The position numbers and the translations under genes are program-made. Shown piece after piece: positions 24,712 to 35,768 of a stretch of DNA of 42,214 bases. Numbering within the stretch: position 1 is the first letter of the stretch; each line of letters opens with the position of its first letter. The stretch is from Octopus bimaculoides (taxonomy: Eukaryota): assembly GCF_001194135.2 (NCBI RefSeq), contig NC_068998.1:36224430-36266643 (forward strand), written 5' to 3'. The notes below the pieces were generated by a model. The model was not told where the DNA came from. It did not search any database and worked only from the letters and a program-made list of their open reading frames with translations.

Positions 24712-25110
24712 AGGCACAGGTGTGGCTGTGTGGTAAGAATCTTGCTTCCCAACCCATGGTTCTGGGTTCAGTCCCACTGTGTGGTACCTTGGTCAAGTGT
24801 CTTCTATAGCCTCGGGCTGACCAAAGCCTTGTGAGTGGAATTGGTAGATGGAAACTGAAAGAAGCCCATTGTATGTATGTACGTATGTATGTGTGTGTAT
24901 CTTTGTGTTTGTATTTGTCCCCTACCACCACTTTTAACAACTGGTGTTTGTGTGTTTACATCCCTGTAACTTAGCAGTTTTGCAAAGGAAATCAATAGAA
25001 TATGTGTCAGGATTACAAAAAAAAAGTCTTTGGGTTGATTCATTCAACTGAAGATTTTACAAGGTGGTACCAAAGCATGACCACAGTCTAATGACTGAAA
25101 CAAGTACAAG
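24712..25110 (+). mobile_element. SINE family A copy, head-to-head with an older copy at ~24520-24680
   Basis: aggcacaggtgtggctgtgtggtaag...gactgaaacaagtacaag. Confidence 0.8.
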
Positions 25111-25329
25111 ATGTGTGTGTGTGTGTGTGTGTGTGATGAGCTCTTTCAGTTTCCTTCTACAAAATCCACTCACAAGGCTTGAATAATGATGATGATGAAT
25201 AATTCTGAGAATATTGAGATTATTAATGATTTTGAAGTAATTCTAGTGTTGTGTATAGAATTAGTTCAGTGTGAATGATTATCTACCGTAATATTTATAA
25301 CGTCCTACCTTTTCTATCTTCCCTGACAG

Positions 25330-25428
25330 GTGATCAAATACAGATGGTGTTTAAATCAATTAATCATCGCAAACCCAACAAACTGTACATTTTCTCTATA
25401 AAGATTGATGAAAACAGCAAATACCTTG
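25330..25428 (+). CDS. SPC25: SPC25 coding exon, phase 1-1
   Basis: cttccctgacag|GTGATC...TACCTTG|gtaagt; 99 nt; SDQIQMVFKSINHRKPNKLYIFSIKIDENSKYL is colinear with recalled vertebrate [33 protein letters not shown]. Confidence 0.93.
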
Positions 25429-25444
25429 GTAAGTATTAAACTGT

Positions 25445-25770
25445 AATGATGTGGTTTCATGATGTAAGGCAGTAAGTATTGTGGTATTGATTGCGATAGT
25501 GGTGGTGTTGTGGGGTACTGGCTGTGTGTTGACAGCAGAAGTATTGGTGATAGTGTTGTGGTACTCATTGTGTTGGATGTAGTGTTGTGGTACTGTGTGT
25601 GTGTAGTTTTATTGGTTTTAGTTGTAGTTTTGGGGCACTGACTATGTGAGGGTAGTGATGTTGTTGGCTGTTGTATTGCAGTATTGATTGTGCTCATAGT
25701 GGTTTTGATTCTGTTGTTATGTTGTGTGGCTGTTGTACTGTTGAATCAGTTTCAATATTGTGCATTGTTG
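25445..25770 (+). repeat. G/T-rich low-complexity tract (similar tracts at ~26240-26460 and ~27120-27230)
   Basis: Recurring gtgttgtgg/gtattg words and strong C depletion on the + strand. Confidence 0.65.
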
Positions 25771-25771
25771 A

Positions 25772-26230
25772 AGGCGGTGAGCTGGCAGAATTGTTAGCAT
25801 GCTAGGCAAAATGCTTAGCAGGATTTCATCCATTTTTATATTAAGAGTTAAAATGTTGCTGAGGTTGACTTTGCCTTTCATCCTTTTGGGGTTGATGAAA
25901 TACCGTAAAAACCCATGTAATTTACATACTTTTTTTGCAAAAATAAAAATAATCTTTAGTGAATGTGTAAATTACATGAGTTTCCAGAATTTTTTTAGAA
26001 ATTTTTTTTGTTGAGCTGGCAGAATCATTAACGTACCAGACAAAATGCTTAGTGGCATTTTTTTCCCAGCTCTTTACATTCTGAGTTCAAACCCCACTGA
26101 GACCAACTTTGCCTTTTATCCCTTTGGGGTTGCTAAAATAAAGTGCCAGTCAAGTACTGGGGTTGCTGTAATAGATTTGTCTCTCCCCACCACCTCAAAA
26201 TTGTTGGCCTTGGACCCTGCAATGGACTTG
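25772..26230 (+). mobile_element. Two tandem SINE family B copies, CpG-decayed
   Basis: Heads at ~25772 and ~26011 with most CpGs changed to TpG or CpA. Confidence 0.75.
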
Positions 26231-26608
26231 GTTTTGTCTTGTAAAGTGTGTTGTAACTCTAGTGTTATGGTGTTAGTTTATGGTTTTGAGTGAAAGATAG
26301 TAGTTTTATAATGTGTTGTATGGGATAGAATGCACTGTTTTTTTTATGATGTGTATTGGGCAGTGTTGTAGTGTAGGATTGATTGCCTGTGTTATTGGGT
26401 GAACGGAACATTGTATAGAGTATGGTAGCTCGGAAGAGCGTATTAAGAGGGGTAGCAAACTAAATATATTCCACCAAAGGTGCCTCAGAAAAATCCTTAA
26501 GTTGAACTTGCAGGATTGTGTCACAAATGAGAAGTCTGAGGTCACAACCACTGCAAGAGACTGTTGCAGATCGCTGATTCTGCATGGCTGGCTGCATTCT
26601 GTCTAGCT

Positions 26609-26865
26609 CAGTTGTTCTCCACTGGTGTCCATGTGACATTTGTCAGTCCATATAAGATTTTGTTGTTGAGGTTTATTTGCAATAAATTGGTTATATTTTT
26701 ACAGTACACAAAATAATTTAACAATTTTTTTAATGCATTTCCTAATAACATTTAATTATAAAAATGTAATTGGATTTCTTTTTAAACATTGAATGGCTAT
26801 GGGGGCCCAGTAGAATAAAATAGGAATCAAAGGGGTCCATGGGCGAAAATGGTTGGGAACCTCTG
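26609..26865. mobile_element. hAT (Charlie-like) MITE
   Basis: Ends CAGTTGTTCTCCACT / GGTTGGGAACCTCTG; 8-bp flanks gtctagct and gtgtagga (5/8 match, resembling NTCTAGAN). Confidence 0.5.
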
Positions 26866-26879
26866 GTGTAGGAACCTTG

Positions 26880-27075
26880 GGAACCTCATGGCTGTAAACA
26901 GCCATGATTTGGATACCACCTGACAGGAGGTGTAAAAGGGACAGACTGAAGATCACTTGGCAGTGGACATTTTCAAGATGTCCTGGAGACAATCAACATT
27001 ACATGGAAGAATAGCAGCTGATTGGACCCAGTGGGGGAACTTGTTGCACATGTTTAGCAACACAGGAAGGCCTAA
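26880..27075 (+). mobile_element. Decayed RTE-type LINE C-terminal fragment
   Basis: AMIWIPPDRRCKRDRLKITWQWTF resembles A..W.P.GKR.RGRPK.TW.RT. Confidence 0.5.
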
Positions 27076-27286
27076 TAATATATATTGTCCTTGGAGTGTG
27101 GATAGTGATGTACCATTATTTTTGCATACTGTAGTGAGTATTGGGCTGCTTGTGTGTAGTGTCGGGTGGGAGGTTCTAGCTACAAAATTCATTGTACATG
27201 TAGTACTGAATGTAATGCTACAGGGTTGGTGAAGTTTTACTTTTATATGATATTATATAATAATGATATTAATTATAATATGTAAT

Positions 27287-27499
27287 GGTTTCAAATTTTG
27301 GCACAAGGCCAGCAATTTTAAGGATGGGTGTAAGTCGATTACATCGACCTCAGTATTCAACTGGTACTTACTTCATCAACCCCACAAAAATGTGAAAGGC
27401 AAAGTTGACCCTGGTGGCATTTGAACTCGGGACATAAAGATAGAAGAAATGCCACTAAGTATTTTGTCCAGCTTGCTAATTATTCTGCCAGCTCACCGC
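27287..27499 (-). mobile_element. SINE family B copy
   Basis: Ends ttctgccagctcaccgcc. Confidence 0.8.
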
Positions 27500-27539
27500 C
27501 TTAATATGATACATAAGATCATACAGTTCTATATTTAAG

Positions 27540-27848
27540 AGATGAGGAATTATGTACATTATTTACAATTGACGGATATTTGTCCTCACCTTGTTTGTTG
27601 TTAACACAACGTTTCGGCTGATATACCCTCCAGCCTTCATCAGGTGTCTTGGGGAAATTTCGAACCTGGGTTCTCATTCCTAAGGTATTTTTTCGATATT
27701 ATTATTATTGTTATTATTCAGGTCATTGCCTGGAATCGAACTCAGAATCTTGGGGTTAGTAGCCCGTGCTCTTAACCACTATGCCATTTGCCCACAGGCA
27801 TATGGCATAGTGGTTAAGAGCAAGGGCTATTGTAAATAATGTACATAA
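27540..27848 (-). mobile_element. tRNA-headed short element carrying a hammerhead motif and an inverted 5' tail
   Basis: A box TGGCATAGTGG (27776-27786), B box GTTCGATTCC (27732-27741), hammerhead 27603-27648, inverted repeats 27760-27787/27802-27829 and 27551-27569/27829-27847. Confidence 0.65.
27603..27648 (-). ncRNA. Minimal type-I hammerhead ribozyme-like motif, intact core
   Basis: Minus strand GACAC-CUGAUGA-A-GGCUG(GAGGGUAUAU)CAGCC-GAAA-CG-UU/GUGUU; stem I GACAC:GUGUU, stem II GGCUG:CAGCC, palindromic ACGU stem III. Confidence 0.7.
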
Positions 27849-27982
27849 GACCATATATGATATATAATGATATAATATGGAAATAATACTTTTTAGATAA
27901 TATTAACACTATAATATACTCAAATACAAAAACGAAGTTTGCATATATGACATGTTAGTTATTTGTTTTCTTTTTCTTTTAG

Positions 27983-28104
27983 TTTCTGAGTGCCACCCGT
28001 TGGTTCCAAACATAGAGGAACTTGTTCAAAAGTTGAATGCAACCAATAACTTGAGCAACTTCATTCTGTCAATGAGAAAAGCTTTCAAAAGCCTCTGCCA
28101 CTGA
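27983..28104 (+). CDS. SPC25: SPC25 terminal coding exon (stop TGA 28102-28104)
   Basis: Polypyrimidine tract ttttcttttag|TTTCTGAG; VSECHPLVPNIEELVQKLNATNNLSNFILSMRKAFKSLCH* matches the Spc25 C-terminus pattern TNNFSAFLANVRKAF. Confidence 0.95.
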
Positions 28105-28120
28105 AATGCATTATCTTTCC

Positions 28121-28218
28121 ACAGCAGTTTACTCCTGATCTGAAGATGTGGTGGGTTTACACTGCAGTTTACCTCAGACCAGAAGATGAGGTCTGTTTTT
28201 ACAGCAATGACATCAGAG
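28121..28218 (+). repeat. 40-bp imperfect tandem repeat (about 2.5 copies) in the 3' UTR
   Basis: acagcagtttac..gaagatg.ggt at 28121 and 28161, partial third copy at 28201. Confidence 0.7.
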
Positions 28219-28239
28219 TGTGCTTACAATGTGTTTTTC

Positions 28240-28242
<3 letters not shown>

Positions 28243-28292
<50 letters not shown>
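28243..28292. repeat. (TA)n microsatellite in the putative 3' UTR
   Basis: Directly visible. Confidence 0.95.
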
Positions 28293-28296
<4 letters not shown>

Positions 28297-28582
28297 ATTT
28301 TGCTTGATTCTGTTACTATATGGGGAGCTTTTGTAAACTCGGTGTACATGTGACCATGATTATTTTTTTTTTAAGTTGTGAGTGATAGCCTTGGTGATCA
28401 TTGTTTTTGTCTCTCTTACACACACACACACACACACATTGATGATCTGTAAATATGTATACTCATGCACATACTTTCATTGGGTACACACACGCATTTC
28501 TCTTTGTCTCTTTCTGTATATGCTAGGGTCCTGTGATGAGCCTACGAAACTAAGTTGCATGGGGCTGAATCAAACTGTTTTA

Positions 28583-28588
28583 AATAAA
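28583..28588 (+). promoter_or_regulatory. Candidate SPC25 polyadenylation signal
   Basis: AATAAA about 480 nt after the stop, followed by a U-rich tract (ctcctttttctttc). Confidence 0.5.
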
Positions 28589-28631
28589 AGTATATGTAAC
28601 TCCTTTTTCTTTCAAATGTCTACTCACTCAC

Positions 28632-28679
<48 letters not shown>

Positions 28680-29137
28680 ATACAAATAATATGTGAATAT
28701 ATGCATATATACGTACATGTATGTACATACCTGCATTTACATGTATATATAGATGCATATCTGGGTACAGGATGTCACAAAAAATATGTGGACAAAATGA
28801 AAAGCAGAACATAAAAAGAGCACAGAAAACAAACGGGCCACATAGAAAATATTTCCTTCATCAGCTACCCCTATAGTAAACTAAGCGTTTCGAAGAATTA
28901 GGGCAGGACGCATGGTTAGAATAGTTCTTCCCACGGAAACAATTTAAATTAAATTAAATTAAATTTGTAATGCAGAGGAATAGTAGCAAACAGAAAACAC
29001 AACAGGAAGACGAAACTGAAAATAAACAAGAAGGGCTGTAGGCCAGACGTGAAAAAATATCTGTATACTGAACACTGTGATGTGACGAACTGGAGAGAGA
29101 AGAAAATTTGTGTTAGCTTGGCAGTGGCCAACACACA

Positions 29138-29140
<3 letters not shown>

Positions 29141-29200
<60 letters not shown>

Positions 29201-29222
29201 ACACACACACACATGCACACAC
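29141..29222. repeat. (AC)n microsatellite
   Basis: Directly visible. Confidence 0.95.
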
Positions 29223-29738
29223 ACAATATAGCAAAATAAAAGCAGAATCTCACATCCCACCTCATTTTATCAGTTGCATGACTCTCTTCTTTGATATGTC
29301 TCTTGAACTTCCACACCAAACCATACCTCTTTTCTCAGCCATAATCTCCTCCTCCCATCTGATTAGATTACCTTTAATTCCATTTCTTTTTAAATGTGAA
29401 TTTGAAGAATAAAGGAAGAAAGTAACCAAAACATTTAAACGTCCTTTTCTATTTTGTTTTATCTTGGGAGGCTCATCTATGTCAATAGCAAACACTTGCA
29501 CTGGTTCTACTTCACTTCATTATTATTTATTTACCAATTGGTCAACTATTTAAAATGAAAAAAAAAAAACGTAACTACTGGGGGCGATTCATTCAACTAA
29601 AAATTCTTCAAGTTGGTGCCCCAGCATGATCACAACCTAATGACTGAAACAATTGAAAGATAAAAAATACTTAACCAAATAACTAAATTGTTTGGTTAAT
29701 TGTCTGGCTAATTACTCAGTCAATTTGGCTTGTCAATG

Positions 29739-29832
29739 CACTGGTTCTACTACTCTTCTTATTTATTTGTTCATTGGTTATCTATTTAATCAATTGACAA
29801 ATAAATAATAAAGAAGTGAAATTGAACCAGTG
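29739..29832. repeat. ~95-bp fold-back with CACTGGTTC termini; extra arm copy at 29499-29552
   Basis: cactggttctac..ttatttatttg / caaataaataa..gaaccagtg. Confidence 0.6.
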
Positions 29833-30159
29833 TGTGTATGTATTATTAGTATAACGACCCTCTCGAGATGCAACAAAATATATTTTCACTATATGAGTTC
29901 ACATCATGAAATACAAAAACTAAATATCTCAGTCTATATTTATTTCTTTTGTTGGTCTGCCTTTGGAAAAGGTATGCATGTCATAATCTCTCACCAATAT
30001 TATAGTAGCTATGCATAGAAATAATTTTTGCAATAAAATATTCTCTTCTGTTGATTTTTTTTGTTATATGTTTACTTGTTGAAGGGCAATGCTATGTTAG
30101 ACAATAATATTGCTATTATTATTATTATAATGATTATTATTACTATTATTATTATTATT

Positions 30160-30970
30160 CCGCTGAGGTCGACTTTCCCTTTCCGGGTCAGTGAATTAGG
30201 TACCAGTTGAACACTGGGATCGATGAAATCGACTCATCCCCTCTCCCAAAATTGCTGCCCTTGTGGCAAAATTTGAAATTATTATTTTTACTATTGAACG
30301 CGGCGATCTGGCGGAATCGTTATCTCGCTGGACGAAATGCTTAGCAGTATTTTGCCCGTCGCTACGTTCTGAGTTCAAATTCTGCCGAGGTCGACTTTGT
30401 CTTTCATCCTTTCGGGGTGTACCAGTTAGGCACTGGGGTTGATGTAATCAACTTAATCCCCTCCTCCAAATTTCAGGCCTTGTGCTTCCAATAGAAAGAA
30501 TTGTTATTGTTGTTGTTGTTACTGTTTGCAGAAACGTTAGTGAGGGATTATTAAATTGGTCAAAATACTTTATAAGCTCTCTCTTGGGACAACAGGCTAA
30601 AAATATTGCTTAGATTAGTAAAGAACTCTGTGTATTCTGGTGGTAGGGTCTGAGGCTATAGTTCATCACCATTTTATATTGTAAATCCATGATTGTATTC
30701 CTAGTTATAATGGCTTTTTTTTTACACGACAAGGCATAAACAATAGTCATTATATATTTTTTAATTAAGGCGGCGATCTACCAGAATCGTTAGCACGCTG
30801 GACGAAATGCTTAGCAGTATTTCGCCCGTCGCTAGGTTCAAATTCCGCCGAAGTCAACTTTGCATTTCATCTATTCGGGGTCGATGAACTAAGTTGAATA
30901 CTGGGGTCGATGTAATCGACTAGCCCCCTCTCCCAAATTTCAGGTCTTGTGCCTTCTGTAGAAAGGATTA
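30160..30970 (+). mobile_element. Cluster of three SINE family B copies (~30160-30285, 30300-30500, 30769-30970)
   Basis: gcggcgatct..gaatcgtta..gacgaaatgcttagc..gaggtcgactttg; CpGs retained. Confidence 0.8.
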
Positions 30971-32471
30971 TATATTTCTTTATTATAGTAAATTTGGCTT
31001 ACTGTTGTTTCTAGCAATCATTATAGGTTCGTTATTGATTGGTTAACTCAGTCGGTCCATTGATCAATGAGCTAATAGAAATAATTCTGAGTGGCCAGTG
31101 GCATGTATTTGAACAGCTTAGACAAATACAGGTGTATCAAATGCCATATAACATAAATTCTTGATGTATTAAATATCTTTCCATCTCTGAAGCATGTATC
31201 ATAATTACCAAACATGAAAGGGGAGATAATCTCAAGAATCAAGTTTATCCAAAGGTGACATACCATTAAGAAAAAGAACACGCTTAAGAAGACAGTCGTG
31301 GACGCGTGTTTGTAACTCAAAAGCTGTTATCATCAGTACGACTATTGTCCAACCTTATCTCCCATAGCCGAGGGGCTTAGGTATCTTTACAGGGCTTATG
31401 TGATAAATGGGACGGAATCATTCTCAAACTGGACACTTGACCTTGAATGCTTACAACAGAATGGACTCCGCTAATCGCCCTGAAAGTGCCATGTGGTTGA
31501 TAAAATAGGTGATTGATTAAGTTCATTACCCATGTAAGCTATGGCGGGATTTGAATTCAGGATGCACAGAGCCAGAGTAAATATCGCAAGACATACAGTC
31601 CGACATTCTTATTGTTCTGCCATGTGTGTGTTTGTGTTTGTCTCCATACTGCCAGAAAACTGGTGTTGATTTGTTTACATCCTCGTAACTTAACGGTTCA
31701 CCAAAGATCGAATACGTAACAAACCTAATTATAAAAATAAATACTGTGTCGATTCGTTCGATTAAAGCCTTCAAAGCCGTGCCCCAGCATGGTCGCAGTT
31801 TAATGACTGAAGAACAAGAATCTAAGAATATGTAAGTAAATATATGTATGTATGCATGCCTGTATATTTGTGCGCGCGGGCATATTTACGATAATACCTG
31901 ATATTGAAAGGAAGACATTTTTCTTTAAATTTACATTTTCTAGAATTAATTAATACGACTGAGAAATTTTAATATTGATTAACAGAGAATTTGATTCTAC
32001 TCAATATACATACCGTCTAATTAGAGTGAGCTTCATTTGTGGATATATGAACTACTGACGATACATGTATGTATGTATAAGTGGGGTGCGTGTGTTGTAA
32101 TGAATCTATTATTATTTTGTAGTTTTATTAATTTTTTTTAACAAACTTTATTCTATGGATTTCCTTATGGTTTGTTTGAAAATGCGGTAAAATTCCCAAA
32201 TCCATCAACAATATTTCAGGAGCTTAAACGTATCATCATCGTCAGGATGAAATGATGTTGGTATGTTATACTCCCTATTTCACGTAGGCCGAGCCAAAGT
32301 GACTAGTGTTAACTTTAAGATTACACATCGTAAATCATGGACTTATTTTTGTTCGTGATTGATGTACGTCTGTTTATTTAGCGTTGTACAGTAGTATGAG
32401 TATTGCTACCATCATTAATTTCTTTCGGCCCTGCCCACTGTTAAGACCCAGCAACACGACTCCATATCACT

Positions 32472-32514
32472 TTATCCGGAAGATGGGACTACGAAGGTCT
32501 AGAAACGTTGATGA
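32472..32514 (+). ncRNA. Degenerate hammerhead-like motif
   Basis: UUAUC-CGGAAGA-U-GGGAC(UACGAAG)GUCUA-GAAA-CG-UU/GAUGA; stem I pairs, core has U4G, stem II imperfect. Confidence 0.45.
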
Positions 32515-33574
32515 TTGATAAGGAACTTTAATTTTTCAACAAATCACAAAAACTCATGAAAATAGGAAAATCTTTAATGTGTGTGTGTATGAACAGAGAT
32601 TTTCTTAAATTAAAAGTTATTGATTATATAAAAATATCTTTAAGAATAAAATGATGCAAATCTTTTGGAAGTAAGTTTCTGTCATACGTTTGCTGGTCAT
32701 GCGTAGAAGAATATGGCCAATTTCTTGGTGATGCTCAGATTATTTTAGACGTAAGCATTTGTGCGATTTTAATAATCTATTTACTGTTATATCTAGTATT
32801 AGGTTGATCTTTTAATGACCATACGCATTCGGGCAAGCTGGTGTCGCTCTTTTTATGTTTCTGAATTTGTAGGTATACTAGTAGGGACTGGATTTTAAAA
32901 TATTTTCTTTGTTAGGTAAACGTAGGATTTGGTTGTGTTGTTCTTATTTTTAGTGAAGAAATCTGCTTACTATAACAATTCATTTTCTTAGATATTACCC
33001 GTTAAGTATGCATTTGCATGTTAGATGGCGTCATGCTTGTAATATGTGTGATGAAGTTAGACTTGCAACTGTAACTCAGCTTAATGTTATTTTTGCGGTA
33101 GAGTGTGTGATATTTATGGTCAGTGGGGAAGTGTTTTATTATTATTATTATTATTATTATTAGAACAAAAACGACATTTGGCAAGATTTTGTTTCGGACG
33201 TTGAGGCCAAAGGTAAGTTAGAATCATGGAGTTTTAGGCTTGGGTTATTTACAAGGGTTTGGGTTGCTTGTGACGTTTGTTGTGTGCTGGATTTTTCATT
33301 GAAGCCTCTCGGCATCAGTGTATCATCATAGTTCTGGTCCATTTATTTAAAAGGTCTTCATCTGAGGATATACTGGATAAGCATTGACATGTTTTACTTA
33401 AATTCTTCATTATGGTAGGATTAGTACTAAGAGTTTTTGTTAATGTACAAAAGTCGGTCACTGAGTTTTGTAAAGAAGTTATAGTCGCAAATATGTAAGT
33501 TTACTACAGTGTCAAAATAGTGAAATATTTTTAGATTAGTATCTACTACTATCTTTAAATTGAAGATAGATGGG

Positions 33575-33955
33575 ATGTGTGGTAAGAAGCTTGCTTCCCA
33601 ATCACATTGTTCCGAGCTCAATCCCACTACGTGGCACCTTGGACTGACTAAAGCCTGGTGAGTGGATTTGGTAGACTGAAACTGAAAGATATATATATGT
33701 ATGTATGTATATATGTATATATATATGTATGTATATATGTACGTGTGTGTGTGTGTTTGTTTGTTCCTTAGTACCACCTGACGGTGTTGCTGTGTTTACG
33801 TCCCCGTAACATAGCGGTTCGGTAAAAGAGACAGATAGTATACGTACCAGGCTTAACGAAAAATAAATACTGAAATTTATTCGTTTGATTAAAAATTTTT
33901 CAAGGCGGTGCCCCAGCATGGCTGCAGTCTAATAACTGAAACAAGCAAAAGGTGA
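33575..33955 (+). mobile_element. SINE family A copy
   Basis: gtgtggtaagaagcttgcttccc...aactgaaacaagcaaaagg. Confidence 0.8.
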
Positions 33956-34563
33956 ATGATAGAATATATTTTCTTAAGAAGTTTTAGCTGTTAGTAACTA
34001 GGTTTAGTGTAATGTCAAGGAAGCATACTTTTTGTTGGTGGAGTTATTTCAAGGCGAAGTTTTACCTAAAATTTTCTATTAGCATTTCAGATTGCTTATG
34101 TAATATGTATATGTTGGAGCTTATAATCTCGCAAATCTCAGTTCGGTTTTTGACACCCATTAGCACTTTAAAGATTATACTGTTTTGTCAAAGGAAAGCA
34201 ATGATTGTGTAGTGTGCAATGTAATATTTATTTCTTCGTCTGTGATTGGGGTGTGGTAATATTTTTCTTCTGATTTTAGTGCTTTTAAAAGGATGTTGAT
34301 TAGTGAGCGGTAGAACTAACTTGACTATTTCAAACTGTGTAAATATTTTATTGGTATCTATTATCAGTACTGTTGAATGAGTTGAATATAAATTTGGTGC
34401 TGTCCCCCAAAGGTGAATTTAATGTTTTGTTTCAAATAATTTTTGAGTGATTTTATCACGTACTACATTGGCGACTGCGTAGATGATTGTACAGACCCTA
34501 AACAATTAGCGAAAGCATAGTACATACTACCAAGCCATATTCACGTACGAGTGACGACTATAG

Positions 34564-34601
<38 letters not shown>

Positions 34602-34717
34602 GCGCACGCACTGTTGAGTGTGTTTCAATTTTATATCTCCAATGAGTGCATATATCTATGGCATTGATACATATACACACCTGTATATGTATCTCTTTCC
34701 CTGCTCTCTCTCTCAAT

Positions 34718-34748
<31 letters not shown>

Positions 34749-35768
34749 CACATGTATATATATGTGTATACAAACATACATTTAAATATATATGTGTGTG
34801 TGTATACATGCATATATATGTATATATATATATATAAATATATAAATATACATACAAACACACATGCACACACACACATACGTATACCTGTCTTCGTCTT
34901 TTGTTTTTCTGTAAATTTCAACTGTATATATATATATTTAAGATGTGATATCAGACATTATATGCACAAATTTGAGATAGAAAACAGAAGCAGATGAATA
35001 TCTAATACTGTTTATGTAAATACATAAGAACTACAATTCGAAGGAAAATAAATGATAATTGTCAAAGATATACATTTTTTCTTCGTACGATATCTCTCCG
35101 ATATGTTTATGTTTTTGTTTTGTTTTTGCTTTATTTTGAGGGTTTTTTTTTTTCAGTGGTGGTGTTTACAAACACATATATATTTAATTTATGATGTTAC
35201 GTGTGAATTGATGTAGATCGAACGCAGGAAGAAGTGTTTATTTTTAATGCCTAAAGATATAATTTGATCGACGTTGATATCAACCAAAGAAGAATAAAGA
35301 GTAAGAGAAGGTAACTGAACATGAATAAAATACAACAACTCGTCGCATTTAGTAGGTCGTTGGCTAACGCTTTCTGTTTTGTGTATTTTATCAACGGGAA
35401 GTCAAGCTGGGTAAGTCATCTTTCTCGCAGTCTTTTGGGTAAATATTTATATAAGCTAGTTAGAAGAGAGAGAAGGTGTGCCCAAAACCTTTGCGCGGCT
35501 TCGTTCATACTGGTTAGATTGAAGCAGTTGATATTCAACAATTAGTGTTTGCAAGAGACGGCCAGTGAGAGCCTCGTGTCTTGATTCTAGCATAGTCTGC
35601 ATCGTCTGACCAAATTGACTCGGCCATAGATGATCCATAGTTTGTTAATATCGGCTTAGCCAACTCCACAGGCCATTGGGCAATGCAGAAACCTCTACGT
35701 GGTCACTTCAACTGCTAATACATATATTTCATTTTTTTTTCTCCGTGTTTTTCTCCTTGTCTCCGTAT

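Noticed and set aside
27721-27790. tRNA gene
   Set aside because: A and B boxes are present but the acceptor and anticodon stems do not fold canonically; it is a tRNA-derived element head
28850-28900. Minus-strand GAAACGC...CUGAUGA-A-GGAAA as another hammerhead
   Set aside because: The two core halves are in the wrong order for type I and the stems do not close cleanly; at most a decayed remnant
32225-32255. Minus-strand CUGACGA motif
   Set aside because: No GAAA half or stem II follows
33290-33335. C/D-box snoRNA (minus-strand ATGATGA...CTGA)
   Set aside because: The boxes are only a few nt apart, with no terminal D box or stem at a suitable distance
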